This document shows, in pieces, positions 31,830 to 40,898 of a stretch of 64,000 bases of DNA (position 1 is the first letter of the stretch; each line of letters opens with the position of its first letter). Under the pieces are notes generated by a model. That model saw nothing but the letters and a program-made list of their open reading frames with translations, searched no databases and was not told the origin of the DNA. Origin of the DNA: Thermodesulfobacteriota bacterium (GTDB taxonomy: Bacteria > Desulfobacterota > Desulfarculia > JACQYL01); the NCBI GenBank assembly GCA_963675595.2, contig CAXXLZ010000002.1, forward strand, positions 1,056,001-1,120,000. Direction: 5' to 3'. Both the position numbers and the translations under genes were made by a program.

Positions 31830-32154
31830 GCTCTGTGTTGCGCCGTTCCAGTCTCCGCTCCGCAGCCTTGATCTCACGCCACCGCCTCATGGAATATACG
31901 GCCATAGCTACCAACAAGAATAATGACGTCGGTATAATTTCATCCAATTCCCAATTTTCATGCCTTCTGGCGACTTCTGCAATACCTTCTAGGATATCGT
32001 TAGCTGATGAAATAAGGAAGACAATGGCGGAGGCTACGATGATAGTAAACAACTCTACAATACGCATCCGATCCGCCTTAATACGGAAGGCCGGCCTGTT
32101 CTCCGAATCGAGATCAAGTCTCTCACTGACAGGCTGCCTCGTCGATTCAGTCAT
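31801..32154 (-). pseudogene. Membrane protein truncated by the IS
   Basis: Two TMs (HENWELDEII..MRRWRE) and a coiled coil; the last codons LDEFVKTSP* are read from the IS inverted repeat. Confidence 0.75.
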
Positions 32155-32545
32155 GCAATATCCTTGATTCACTGTTATGGACGCGTTCCCCGAACCCATT
32201 CCAATGCCGTGATCTCCGTCAGGCTGTCCGGGACAATTTCACAGTTCTTGGGCAATGGACGAAATGGCGCACCCATAGTCTTTTTGCAGCCAAATAGTTC
32301 GGCATATAAACAAAGTTTATCCCATATAAGAGATATCTGTCAAACGAACCCAGTCAAGCAGGGATGACGCTTGCATAAACCGCCCGTTGTATTCGGAGGA
32401 CTGGATAGATATGTGATGCTCGGTGAATCGAGAATTGAAGAATCAAAGCTTGGGGTGTGAGAGACGGAATGCAGGATAATACACGATAGGCAGAAGATGT
32501 CGTAGATAGCCATCGTCAAAGCCATGAGAGGTTGTAGAATTTGAT

Positions 32546-32845
32546 TTAGCGTATTACCCTACTCGCCTCAGGCACTCCTTCGTGGGAGTGTCGGTTCAAA
32601 GCTTCCCAGATTTCTCGATCTTCTTTGTCGAATCGCGATTCCAAGCGGGTAAGTTTCTTGCAGTGGTGTTCTCTCCATTCAAGGCAGTGTGTTTCGTCGA
32701 CCTTTTCCCTTAGGACGCCTTTTAGGTCTTCAATCACTCCTCGCATATCATTCCACTTGGTCACCCAGATATGGGCGATCAGCCCGTTGACCAGAGTGAA
32801 CACAAGTGAACCCGCAACAATAAGGAAGTCGGCGTACTTCTCCAT
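32546..32845 (-). CDS. Single-TM coiled-coil lysis-module protein
   Basis: N-terminal TM then charged coiled coil; follows the holin; AAGGA RBS. Confidence 0.7.
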   Translation of the reverse strand: MEKYADFLIVAGSLVFTLVNGLIAHIWVTKWNDMRGVIEDLKGVLREKVDETHCLEWREHHCKKLTRLESRFDKEDREIWEALNRHSHEGVPEASRVIR

Positions 32846-32852
32846 TGGAAGG

Positions 32853-33248
32853 TCATTCCTTTTTGCTTAGAATTTTCTCCGCGCTACGTCCCACCACATA
32901 CCCGCCCACGCCCACGTTGAGCAGCGCCCAGAGGCCGTCGGGTAGTTCGAGCATGACCACCTTGTCGGTGAAGGCGGACAGATAGGGGACAATGATGTAA
33001 TTGTTCACCACGATGGCCATGATGGACACCATGAGCATGGGGCGCCAGTTGCGTTGGAGCCAGGAGCCCCGGGCTTCCAGCCGGACGATGCTGGCCCGGA
33101 TTTCCTGATCCTGCAGCATGGCCGCCTGCATGCCGGCTTGGATCTCGGCCTTGGCTTTGGCCTTGTCCGCTTCACTCATGGACGGCGGGAACCAGTGATC
33201 CAGGACCTTACCCGCCACGTTCAGGGCCGTGTCGATAATGGGTATCAT
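32853..33248 (-). CDS. Holin (3TM / GTA-holin family)
   Basis: SWLQRNWRP and GGYVVGRSAEK motifs. Confidence 0.85.
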   Translation of the reverse strand: MIPIIDTALNVAGKVLDHWFPPSMSEADKAKAKAEIQAGMQAAMLQDQEIRASIVRLEARGSWLQRNWRPMLMVSIMAIVVNNYIIVPYLSAFTDKVVMLELPDGLWALLNVGVGGYVVGRSAEKILSKKE

Positions 33249-33257
33249 AACGTCCTC

Positions 33258-33605
33258 CTAATAGAGCCAGATGGTCGGCGCCGGTTTGCCCGGCACGTCG
33301 TCCACATGGATGAAGTCCTTGCCGATGCCGACCCGGCGAAAACCGGCCTCGATCAACGATTGGACGATTCTGAAGCGCATATCGCCGGAATCCGCGGCGA
33401 TATCCGCCGCAAGACCCGTTGTATGGTTGCCCTTGCCCCCAACGGCTTCGTCGTGTGTCCGGCAACGATAGCCGCTGGTGATCGCGAAAGGAACTCCCGC
33501 TAGCTCCCGCGCTTTATCCAAACGATCAAGGAACGGTTCACTCATATCCGCCTGACCGCACCCGCACCTGCACTTGAACTCTTCGATCTCGAAATATTTC
33601 ATCAT
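33258..33605 (-). CDS. Endolysin, peptidase M15 family
   Basis: YF..EF.CRCGCG, ITSGYRC, H..G.AADI, GIGKDFIHVD. Confidence 0.92.
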   Translation of the reverse strand: MMKYFEIEEFKCRCGCGQADMSEPFLDRLDKARELAGVPFAITSGYRCRTHDEAVGGKGNHTTGLAADIAADSGDMRFRIVQSLIEAGFRRVGIGKDFIHVDDVPGKPAPTIWLY

Positions 33606-33671
33606 TTACCTCTAAGCTAGCGTTTTTTCGGTAGGGAAGCCCCAACCGAAATTTCGAGTCCAAATTTTTCG

Positions 33672-33869
33672 TTAGATCGCGCAGACCCCGTCCGCGCATC
33701 GCATTCCGAACACCGGGACCGCCAAAGGCTTCACGATGAACCGCTCACAGTGATCCGGCTCCGGAAGCGGGTTGATCCATTGTTCCGTTTTGGATGTGAG
33801 CCTTGCCCATCCACAGACGTCCCAGACCGAGTACGTATTCATGAGCGGGCAGACTTTCGGACGTTCCAT
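33672..33869 (-). CDS. Small Cys-rich hypothetical protein
   Basis: 65 aa from ATG 33869, five Cys; co-oriented in the operon. Confidence 0.45.
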   Translation of the reverse strand: MERPKVCPLMNTYSVWDVCGWARLTSKTEQWINPLPEPDHCERFIVKPLAVPVFGMRCADGVCAI

Positions 33870-34060
33870 AAGAGTCGCCCCCAGATGATTGTGTAGACCT
33901 CGGCGATATACAACACGCCCCACTGCCGATGCTTCCACGCGGTCCAGAGCCAGGCGGGCTGAGCCAGAAGCGCCGCGATCAGGCCGAGTTGATTACGGCC
34001 GGTGAGCATCAGCCCGAGCGACGCGGTACCCAGGGCCGCGATGACGAGTTGCGTGATCAC
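33839..34060 (-). CDS. Small 3-TM membrane protein (PnuC-fragment-like)
   Basis: G...LLAQPAWLW.AW...QWG pattern; GTGA overlap with the upstream gene. Confidence 0.65.
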   Translation of the reverse strand: MITQLVIAALGTASLGLMLTGRNQLGLIAALLAQPAWLWTAWKHRQWGVLYIAEVYTIIWGRLLWNVRKSARS

Positions 34061-34410
34061 CTGCCTTCGGCCTCCCCGCGCAGCCGTTTCACTTCCCCCT
34101 CCAGGGCCTCCACTTCCCCGGCCAGGTCGCGTTTCTCCCGTTCCAGAACTTCGATTTGCTTGCTGAGTGAGGCCGCGGTCACTTGGTCTTCACCAACAGC
34201 CGAGCAAATCGCCCGAGGAACGAAGAGCGCCCGGAGCCCTTTGATTCCGAGCATCCTCAGGCGCTTCCGGCCCAGGTGCTTCATGATGCGAGGATGGTCG
34301 GCCGTTTCAATTGTCTGCCGTCCCATCAGGGCTTCCTGCAAGTCGAAACGCCCGAGCAGATGTTCGAGATCCTCAGGCATGAGGGGGATCGGTGCCGTTT
34401 GATTGGTCAT
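34057..34410 (-). CDS. Hypothetical protein with C-terminal coiled coil
   Basis: AGGAGG RBS before ATG 34410. Confidence 0.7.
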   Translation of the reverse strand: MTNQTAPIPLMPEDLEHLLGRFDLQEALMGRQTIETADHPRIMKHLGRKRLRMLGIKGLRALFVPRAICSAVGEDQVTAASLSKQIEVLEREKRDLAGEVEALEGEVKRLRGEAEGR

Positions 34411-34418
34411 GGGGCCTC

Positions 34419-37400
34419 CTATACGGTGGGCACGGTATTCCACGTTCCACCGACGGTATATGATGTCACGATGCCTTTTTTGTGCTTGAGCTCGATCACC
34501 CTGGCCTGAAGCGTTCCGCCGTTCCATCTCAGGTCGTACACGAAATTATTGGTGGTCTCCGAGCTCGGCACGCCCTGAGTGCCTCCTGCATAGAAATCGT
34601 CACCTCGAATGCTTGCGCCGTAGACGTTGCTCCACTTGTAGCTGCTTGAGCCGAGATTCCGTGTGCCGCTCGGCAACAGCGAACGAGCGAGCGTTGCCGT
34701 GCCGAGGGTACTCGAACTGATCAAAAAGGCGTTGCTCCCTCCCATGAGCACTTGAAAGCCGCTCAGGGCGCCGTCCTGTAGACTTAAAACCGAGGCATAC
34801 CATCTGAAGGTGTTCACGCCGAATTGCAAAACCGTGCTATTGGAAACTTCGAGAGGAGCGATATTTAGTGCGGGGGTTCCGGCCCCCACGTTTCCCCAAA
34901 TGGTCGCGATATTAGTGGAGCCGCGTAGGAATTTGATCTCCGCTTGATCTTCCCCACTGTCGGCGGCCCGCATGATAATATCCGCGCCGTTGTCCAGCGT
35001 GACGGACACGCCCGCCGCGATGACTCCCGATATCAGCTTGTCCACTGAAAGGTTGGCGATCTTGGCATTGGTCACGGCCAGGTTGGCAATTTTGCCCTCG
35101 GTGACCGCCAGGTTTCCGATCTTCGCCGTGGTGATGGACAGGTCCGCGTAATCGTCCGTCCCCTGTTGCGCGGGCGTCGCGCTCCCCATGTACACTCCGG
35201 CGGTGGACGACGGATTCCCGGTGTTATCGAACGCCCGAATCCAGTAGTAATAGGTGGTGGTGTAGCCGGTGGCCTTATCGTCGATCTTCTGCATGATCTC
35301 ACCGGGGCCGCCGGAGATGGAAAACGTGGGGGCCGTGGTATCGAAATTGGGAGCCGAGCCGTTGGTCTTTCTCCATATGCCGACCCACTTGAAGTCTTCG
35401 TCGGCCGGATTGTTCCATTCCAAACTGATACTGCGCTTCGCCGCGGTCACTGACGTAGAAAACGGGCTCGACGGCCCGGTCGTGTCCCCCGGAGCCAGTT
35501 GGTTCTCCAGGGTGATTGCGGTCGATTCCAACGCGAAGTTATTCACCGCCTTGGCCGCGAAGTCGTACTGCAGGCCGGGCGTGAGGCCGTCGAACCGAGC
35601 CTTCCAGGTACCCGATCCGGCGTCCTGGCCGTCCTGCCAACGGTAGGTCGTTTCGCCGTCTTTCTTGCAGCCGAAGACGATCTTGGCGAAGTTGGACGGA
35701 CTGTCCGCGCCCTTGACCGCTTCCACCACGAAAAAGGCTGTGGCGCCGCCGTCCTGGGCCACATACGCGCCGGAACTCGAAACCCCGATATCGGTCGGAT
35801 CATCCGGGGGCGTTCTTGAATAATCCGCGCCGCCCGACTCTTCTCCGTCGCCGGGCAGGGTACCTTCGTCATAAGTGTAGAGCTCGCTTGAATACGCCGC
35901 GACCGTTGCGGTGAAGCCTTCCAGGCCCCGCTCCAGGTCGATGACCCGGTATTCGCCGTTGGAAAGCAGTTCGACCAGGCTCACATCGTCCACATACCAG
36001 GTGCCGGTGGTCCTATTATAACTGCTGACTCTTATGTAACCGTATGCCCCGCCAACGGGTTCATCATATTCAACTTCAATGAGGTTCCACTGATTCAGCG
36101 TCAAACCTGTATGGTTCGTGTAGTCCACATAAGCGGAATTGTCGCCTTTCCTGATGGATATCTGGACGTTGTCATAATCGGTTGGATATACCCAAACTCT
36201 GCACCTATAGTGCTTTCCCGCCTCAACCGTGAAGTAACTACTCCAAATGCCTTCTTGATTCGAATTTACCGTGAATTTTCTTGAATAAGTCCCGGAATGG
36301 GCCTGCTCGGAGGAACGTTCATTTACGGTTGGGGTCCCGTAGCTTGCCCAATCGGAATCAGCCTCCATCGTCCCGTTGGGGACCAAGTTATCGCCCATGA
36401 TCCCGACGTTGAGTCTCGGCACGGAAAGCGAGATCACGTCCCCCGCGTTCAACGTCTTGGCGTCCTGGCCGAGCACCAGGTCCAACCGTTCGGCGGTGTA
36501 CAGGTGAAGCCGCTGGGTCCAACAGGCGATGCGGTCCGCCGTCTCCTTGTCCCGCACAAAGTCCAGCCGCTCGACCTTGTCTTCCCCGAAATCCGCGTTC
36601 ACCGTGCGTGAGCTGGTGGTGAACTCGTAGGAGCCGTCTTCGGCGCGGGCGTACTCGAATTGAATGGTCTTGATCGCGTCCCGGCTCGACGGGCGGTACC
36701 GGGGACCGGCCTGCACGATGTTCCCCTCGGCCGTGGAGAAGGTTCCCGCGCTTTCGGACACGTATTCGCCGTCCACGGAGATGAACCAGGACCCGTCCGC
36801 CCCTTGGGTCAACCGGCCCATGCAGCAGAACACCAGGGCGTCGATGATCTCCTTGGCCCGAGTTTGGGATGTGACCGCTCCATCGCACTTGAGCACCGCG
36901 ATGTCGGTGACCGCCGCGGCCGCGTCGAAGGAGTCCGAGTCCACGCTGAGCCCTAAGCCCCACGTGGCGTCCGACAGCACGTTCCGGATCACTTCCACGA
37001 AGTTCCGTTGGGCCTCGGTGTCGCCCATTTCCAGGCCGTACCAGTCGGCCTTGAGCTCGTAGAAATTGCCGCTGACGTCCCGCTGCTCCCACCCGGACCC
37101 GGTAAACTTCACCGTGGCGTAACCCTCGAAAGGCGACCCCGCGGAACCGTCATAACAGACCACCGTTGCGGCCATCTCCGTGGAACCCACCACCACGTCG
37201 TTACGGTACAAATTGACCGTCGTGGACTTGTTCGAATCGTTGCTCTCGGAGACGCCCCAGCCCACCAGGTAATGAGCCTCGTTATTCACCGAGTCGTTCT
37301 TGACGAGGGTGAGCGGAACCTTTTTGCACCGCCCGAACAGGATGTTGATGGAGGCGCCCAGGGAGTCTTCCGGCGCGTCTGGAAAGAGTTCCGCCGTCAC

Positions 37401-37907
37401 GGTCCGCGCTGGCAGGAGCTTGCTCAGCTCGTCCGGCTCCCGAAAGGACACGCTCACCCGCACCACGTCCTCGTAATCCACCCGGTCCACCCGGCCGGAC
37501 ACGGCGAAACGTTCGGTCAGACCTTCCGTGGTCTTGGTGTAGGGCGTCTCCCAGGAAGCGCCGGATTCCCAAGATACGCCCTCCTCCCAGGACACCAGCC
37601 GGTTGATCTGCTGCGTCGAGGTCTCATAGTCCGCCCTGGCAAGCGTGACTCGGGCGCCCCGCCAGTCCACCGGAGCCACGCCCCAGAGAAGCTCCTTGAT
37701 CTCCCCGTCCTCGTCGGACAGCTCCACCGTCACGTCCCCGTGCTCCAAAAACCCCGAGTACACCTCCGTGAACGTGTCCCGGACGGCCGGGTGAGCCTTC
37801 ACCACGCCCTTGTACTCGGTGGAGCCGTCGTAACAGTCCGCCGTGGCGAACCGGTGCACGGTCTCGCCTTGCGTGATGTCTATGAGCAGAATCGGGACGA
37901 TGGGCAT
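34419..37907 (-). CDS. Tail tip hub / central fibre protein with CBM-like insert and Fn3-like domains
   Basis: 1162 aa; hub-like N-terminus, NLVPNGTME..WYVDDVSL domain, GLTPGLQYDF.AKAVN and YYYWIRAFDNTGN Fn3-like motifs, 10-aa LAVTNAKIAN repeats. Confidence 0.85.
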   Translation of the reverse strand: MPIVPILLIDITQGETVHRFATADCYDGSTEYKGVVKAHPAVRDTFTEVYSGFLEHGDVTVELSDEDGEIKELLWGVAPVDWRGARVTLARADYETSTQQINRLVSWEEGVSWESGASWETPYTKTTEGLTERFAVSGRVDRVDYEDVVRVSVSFREPDELSKLLPARTVTAELFPDAPEDSLGASINILFGRCKKVPLTLVKNDSVNNEAHYLVGWGVSESNDSNKSTTVNLYRNDVVVGSTEMAATVVCYDGSAGSPFEGYATVKFTGSGWEQRDVSGNFYELKADWYGLEMGDTEAQRNFVEVIRNVLSDATWGLGLSVDSDSFDAAAAVTDIAVLKCDGAVTSQTRAKEIIDALVFCCMGRLTQGADGSWFISVDGEYVSESAGTFSTAEGNIVQAGPRYRPSSRDAIKTIQFEYARAEDGSYEFTTSSRTVNADFGEDKVERLDFVRDKETADRIACWTQRLHLYTAERLDLVLGQDAKTLNAGDVISLSVPRLNVGIMGDNLVPNGTMEADSDWASYGTPTVNERSSEQAHSGTYSRKFTVNSNQEGIWSSYFTVEAGKHYRCRVWVYPTDYDNVQISIRKGDNSAYVDYTNHTGLTLNQWNLIEVEYDEPVGGAYGYIRVSSYNRTTGTWYVDDVSLVELLSNGEYRVIDLERGLEGFTATVAAYSSELYTYDEGTLPGDGEESGGADYSRTPPDDPTDIGVSSSGAYVAQDGGATAFFVVEAVKGADSPSNFAKIVFGCKKDGETTYRWQDGQDAGSGTWKARFDGLTPGLQYDFAAKAVNNFALESTAITLENQLAPGDTTGPSSPFSTSVTAAKRSISLEWNNPADEDFKWVGIWRKTNGSAPNFDTTAPTFSISGGPGEIMQKIDDKATGYTTTYYYWIRAFDNTGNPSSTAGVYMGSATPAQQGTDDYADLSITTAKIGNLAVTEGKIANLAVTNAKIANLSVDKLISGVIAAGVSVTLDNGADIIMRAADSGEDQAEIKFLRGSTNIATIWGNVGAGTPALNIAPLEVSNSTVLQFGVNTFRWYASVLSLQDGALSGFQVLMGGSNAFLISSSTLGTATLARSLLPSGTRNLGSSSYKWSNVYGASIRGDDFYAGGTQGVPSSETTNNFVYDLRWNGGTLQARVIELKHKKGIVTSYTVGGTWNTVPTV

Positions 37908-37920
37908 CGAGATCGTTTGA

Positions 37921-37969
37921 CATGGGAAACCCTTTGAAAAGGGTTCCCCATGCCCCTCCTAAACTTTTT
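37921..37969. repeat. Family C hairpin repeat
   Basis: CATGGGAAACCCTTTGAAAAGGGTTCCCCATG + CCCCTCCTAAACTTTTT; supplies the stop of the 116-aa ORF. Confidence 0.85.
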
Positions 37970-38309
37970 GAGCGGCGAGCTTCACCGCTTCGATTTCCTC
38001 TTTGGTTTGCGCGGCCTCCACGGCGGCCTTTTCGGATGCAATGAGTGCATCCAACTTGGCTTGCCGAAGCTCGGCGATCTTGGCGGCCTTGGAGGCTTCC
38101 AGTTCCGCCGCTTCCCGCGCGGCCAGCTCCTCCTTTGTAAATTCGGGTTCGGGAATATTGCCTGCCGCAAGCCACTGTTGAATCTGTTGGTAATGGCGGT
38201 TGCGGGGATCGGGGGGCACCCATATGGTTTGCCCGTCCAGGTCAACGGCGTACCCGCCACCTTCCTGTAGCTTTACCCGACTTGGCTTAAATTCGACCTG
38301 TTCGTCCAT
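37959..38309 (-). CDS. Tail fibre assembly-like protein
   Basis: VPPDPRNRHYQQIQQWLAAGN.PEP motif seen downstream of fibre genes; EEIEAVK ending. Confidence 0.75.
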   Translation of the reverse strand: MDEQVEFKPSRVKLQEGGGYAVDLDGQTIWVPPDPRNRHYQQIQQWLAAGNIPEPEFTKEELAAREAAELEASKAAKIAELRQAKLDALIASEKAAVEAAQTKEEIEAVKLAAQKV

Positions 38310-38318
38310 GATCCACTC

Positions 38319-40022
38319 CTAAAGCTCCGCATCTCCGGTGATTTTGCCGGATGTGGTCAGAATGATCAAATAACCATCCGTCAACCCGTGGGATGTTTTG
38401 TCCGCCTGAATGTCGATGTGATCCTTTCTCCTCGAGCTTGTTGCCGAGAAGGTAAATCCGGTCGTGCTGCTACGGTCTACCTTGTATACCGCTATGTCGG
38501 TGTTCGGCGTGCCGACGATGGTCACGGATGGGGTGGCACGCATGGGAACGATTGGTATAACAAATCGGATGTCGTTCGTTCCGTAGTTGGTCATTCGAAA
38601 AGCCGAATACTCACCGAATACCTGATAGTACCTCCGACACAGAGCCAGCTCATAGCCCGGTTGTCGCACTTCAAACTCGGTGGCATGGCTGCCGAGTTCG
38701 AGCTGCACCTGCGCGATTCTGATTTGAGTTGCTGCTGCCTGAACTCCTGGAGTGTTAATTCTAACATACAATCCATTACTACAGTTTGAAGGCACTGCTG
38801 GAATTATATACTTATAATAAGTCCAACTGCTTGAAATATCCGTAAAATCTTCATAATCCTGAAGAGTAATGCTTGATAAATCATCCTCAGAATCTGCTGA
38901 GTAGATATTTACTCGAAGCGAGGTGCTGGTTCCGGCAACTTTTTTACACCAAAAACTTATAGTTATAGGTTTTCCAACAAGCTGTCGTGCGATATAGGCT
39001 TCTATCGGCTGTCCAATACTTACGGGATAATTAGCCACAGAGTTTGATAAATCCATAGAATACTTTGACTTACCGTTACTTGGAACGTCCGTATTTGCAG
39101 AAACCACCATATCCGCGAAGACGGCAATATTTAATATATTCCACCTATCGGCAGTATATGCGTCATAAACCTCCGTTATGCTCGTTCCTCGCTGCCAAAT
39201 GTCAAAGTTTCCATTGATTATTAAGTTCTTACCTAAGCCCAAATCGTCAACCACGGCCGCAACGTTGGCCGGAGTGACAATTCTGGATGTATCTGTACCG
39301 GCTAAGGTTTCGGCTTCCGTAGCTAATTCCGCGATCCCCTCAGCGCTCTCCGTAGCAGACGAAACGGAAGCGGAAGTATCATCATTTACCCATTGATTCG
39401 TGGCTCCATCATAGACAAGTATCTGACCACTACTTGGACTTCCAGCAACAACTTCAATGCCATTCAAATAGTCCGCATCAACACCATCCGGAATCCAAGC
39501 GTTATCTAAAGTGCCCCCAACTCCCCCAAGAGGAACAACCCCTGAACCAGCAGTAGCAGAAATGGTTAGGTCGGTAATGTCGCTTACAACATGATTGTGG
39601 GAAGCGTCCGCGAACGCCGAGGCATGTTCACCGTCCACCGTGTCGGCGTCGAGGCCGCTGCCTGGGCCGTCTTGGATCCATCCGGGATCCAACTTGCCAC
39701 CGGCCCCGCCGAGAGGAATCACGTTCGAACCCGGTGTGCCGGAAATGGTTTCCAGGTCCGGCACATTGGCCTTGGGCACTTCCGGCACGTACTCCAACCA
39801 CCGGCCGTTATTCGCCCCGGCATCGTCGGGTTTGACGGTGTATGGATGGCTCGCAACGGATTCCGACGCGGACGATGACGCCGCGAACCGAAACACATAA
39901 GACTTGGACGACGCAGTGACGAACGCCAGGTCTCCATCGTTCAAATCCGTCCACGGAACGGCGTCCAGGGCATTGGTCCCGCCTCCGGTCAAAGCCGTGC
40001 ATTCGTACACCTTGATCGACAC
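38319..40022 (-). CDS. Tail fibre protein
   Basis: GTG start overlapping the upstream TAG; GLDADTVDG, ATESAEGIAELAT..E, NLIINGNFDIWQRG, QLELGS.AT.FE, ELALCRRYY. Confidence 0.88.
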   Translation of the reverse strand: MSIKVYECTALTGGGTNALDAVPWTDLNDGDLAFVTASSKSYVFRFAASSSASESVASHPYTVKPDDAGANNGRWLEYVPEVPKANVPDLETISGTPGSNVIPLGGAGGKLDPGWIQDGPGSGLDADTVDGEHASAFADASHNHVVSDITDLTISATAGSGVVPLGGVGGTLDNAWIPDGVDADYLNGIEVVAGSPSSGQILVYDGATNQWVNDDTSASVSSATESAEGIAELATEAETLAGTDTSRIVTPANVAAVVDDLGLGKNLIINGNFDIWQRGTSITEVYDAYTADRWNILNIAVFADMVVSANTDVPSNGKSKYSMDLSNSVANYPVSIGQPIEAYIARQLVGKPITISFWCKKVAGTSTSLRVNIYSADSEDDLSSITLQDYEDFTDISSSWTYYKYIIPAVPSNCSNGLYVRINTPGVQAAATQIRIAQVQLELGSHATEFEVRQPGYELALCRRYYQVFGEYSAFRMTNYGTNDIRFVIPIVPMRATPSVTIVGTPNTDIAVYKVDRSSTTGFTFSATSSRRKDHIDIQADKTSHGLTDGYLIILTTSGKITGDAEL

Positions 40023-40798
40023 TACACCACCTCCACCAGCGTCATCTGACCGAGTTGCATCTTGCCGTATTGAGGTTGACCGATTCTGATTTCGCCTTCG
40101 AGTTTGGCCAGCCAGGCGCGCGCGGAATCGCCCGAATTCCACCCGTTCTCGTAAAAGAGAAAGACCGACCCGGGATCCTCGGCGTTCCACGCTTCCACCG
40201 TGGGCTCGAAGCCGGACCGGGTATCGAAATCCAGCACGCCGCGCCAGCGGCTCTTGAGGCCCGTGATCACCGTCTCCACCGAACCGGACTCGGTTTCGAT
40301 CCGCTTGTACATCTTTTGGGCGCCGTACTCGTAGCCCCAAGACGGGTTGTACGCGAGGGCCGCGGCGGACCCCACGGCCAGCACCACTCCGATGCGGTAG
40401 AACGCCGCACCGTCCGTCCGAGTCTGGTTCTCAATGACCAGGCGCAGGTACTGGTATTCGAAGCTCGTCAACAAGAAGAAGCCTTTTCGCCGCTGCGTCA
40501 GAACGTCCAAAGTCACGGTCACGGCTTGGGAGAAGGCCGGACTCGACCACGAATCCGTGTCGTTACCCTGGATGACCAGGTCCTCGAAATTGACTTCGCC
40601 CACGTACAGCCCGCCCACCTGGGCGACGGCGCCGAAATCTAAAACCAACGTGGTCTCCGCCGTATCTCCGGACCGGTATTCCTTGCCCGGACGGCCGTAA
40701 ACCAACACGTTGTCACCTGGAAACGAGGCGTTTTCCGATGAGGCGGTCACCGTGCAGGCCAGAAAATCGGATTGTGGAATCAAGATGAAATTGGGCAT
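40022..40798 (-). CDS. Tail protein (distal-tail candidate)
   Basis: 258 aa, beta-rich; position between tape measure and fibre genes. Confidence 0.65.
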   Translation of the reverse strand: MPNFILIPQSDFLACTVTASSENASFPGDNVLVYGRPGKEYRSGDTAETTLVLDFGAVAQVGGLYVGEVNFEDLVIQGNDTDSWSSPAFSQAVTVTLDVLTQRRKGFFLLTSFEYQYLRLVIENQTRTDGAAFYRIGVVLAVGSAAALAYNPSWGYEYGAQKMYKRIETESGSVETVITGLKSRWRGVLDFDTRSGFEPTVEAWNAEDPGSVFLFYENGWNSGDSARAWLAKLEGEIRIGQPQYGKMQLGQMTLVEVV

Positions 40799-40824
40799 CG
40801 GATTTCATTGCCTGTTGGGTGTTT

Positions 40825-40890
40825 CCGTAGGGGTGGTTCGCGAACCGCCCCTACGGGTTGGTTTATGGATGGTTCGCGAACCACCCCTAC
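40825..40890. repeat. Family B GTAG-type REP doublet
   Basis: GTAGGGGTGGTTCGCGAACCGCCCCTAC and GGATGGTTCGCGAACCACCCCTAC. Confidence 0.9.
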
Positions 40891-40898
40891 GCCTCCGA

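Noticed and set aside
34419-40022. Diversity-generating retroelement or invertible fibre cassette
   Set aside because: No reverse transcriptase, TR/VR pair, invertase or inverted alternative fibre end seen.
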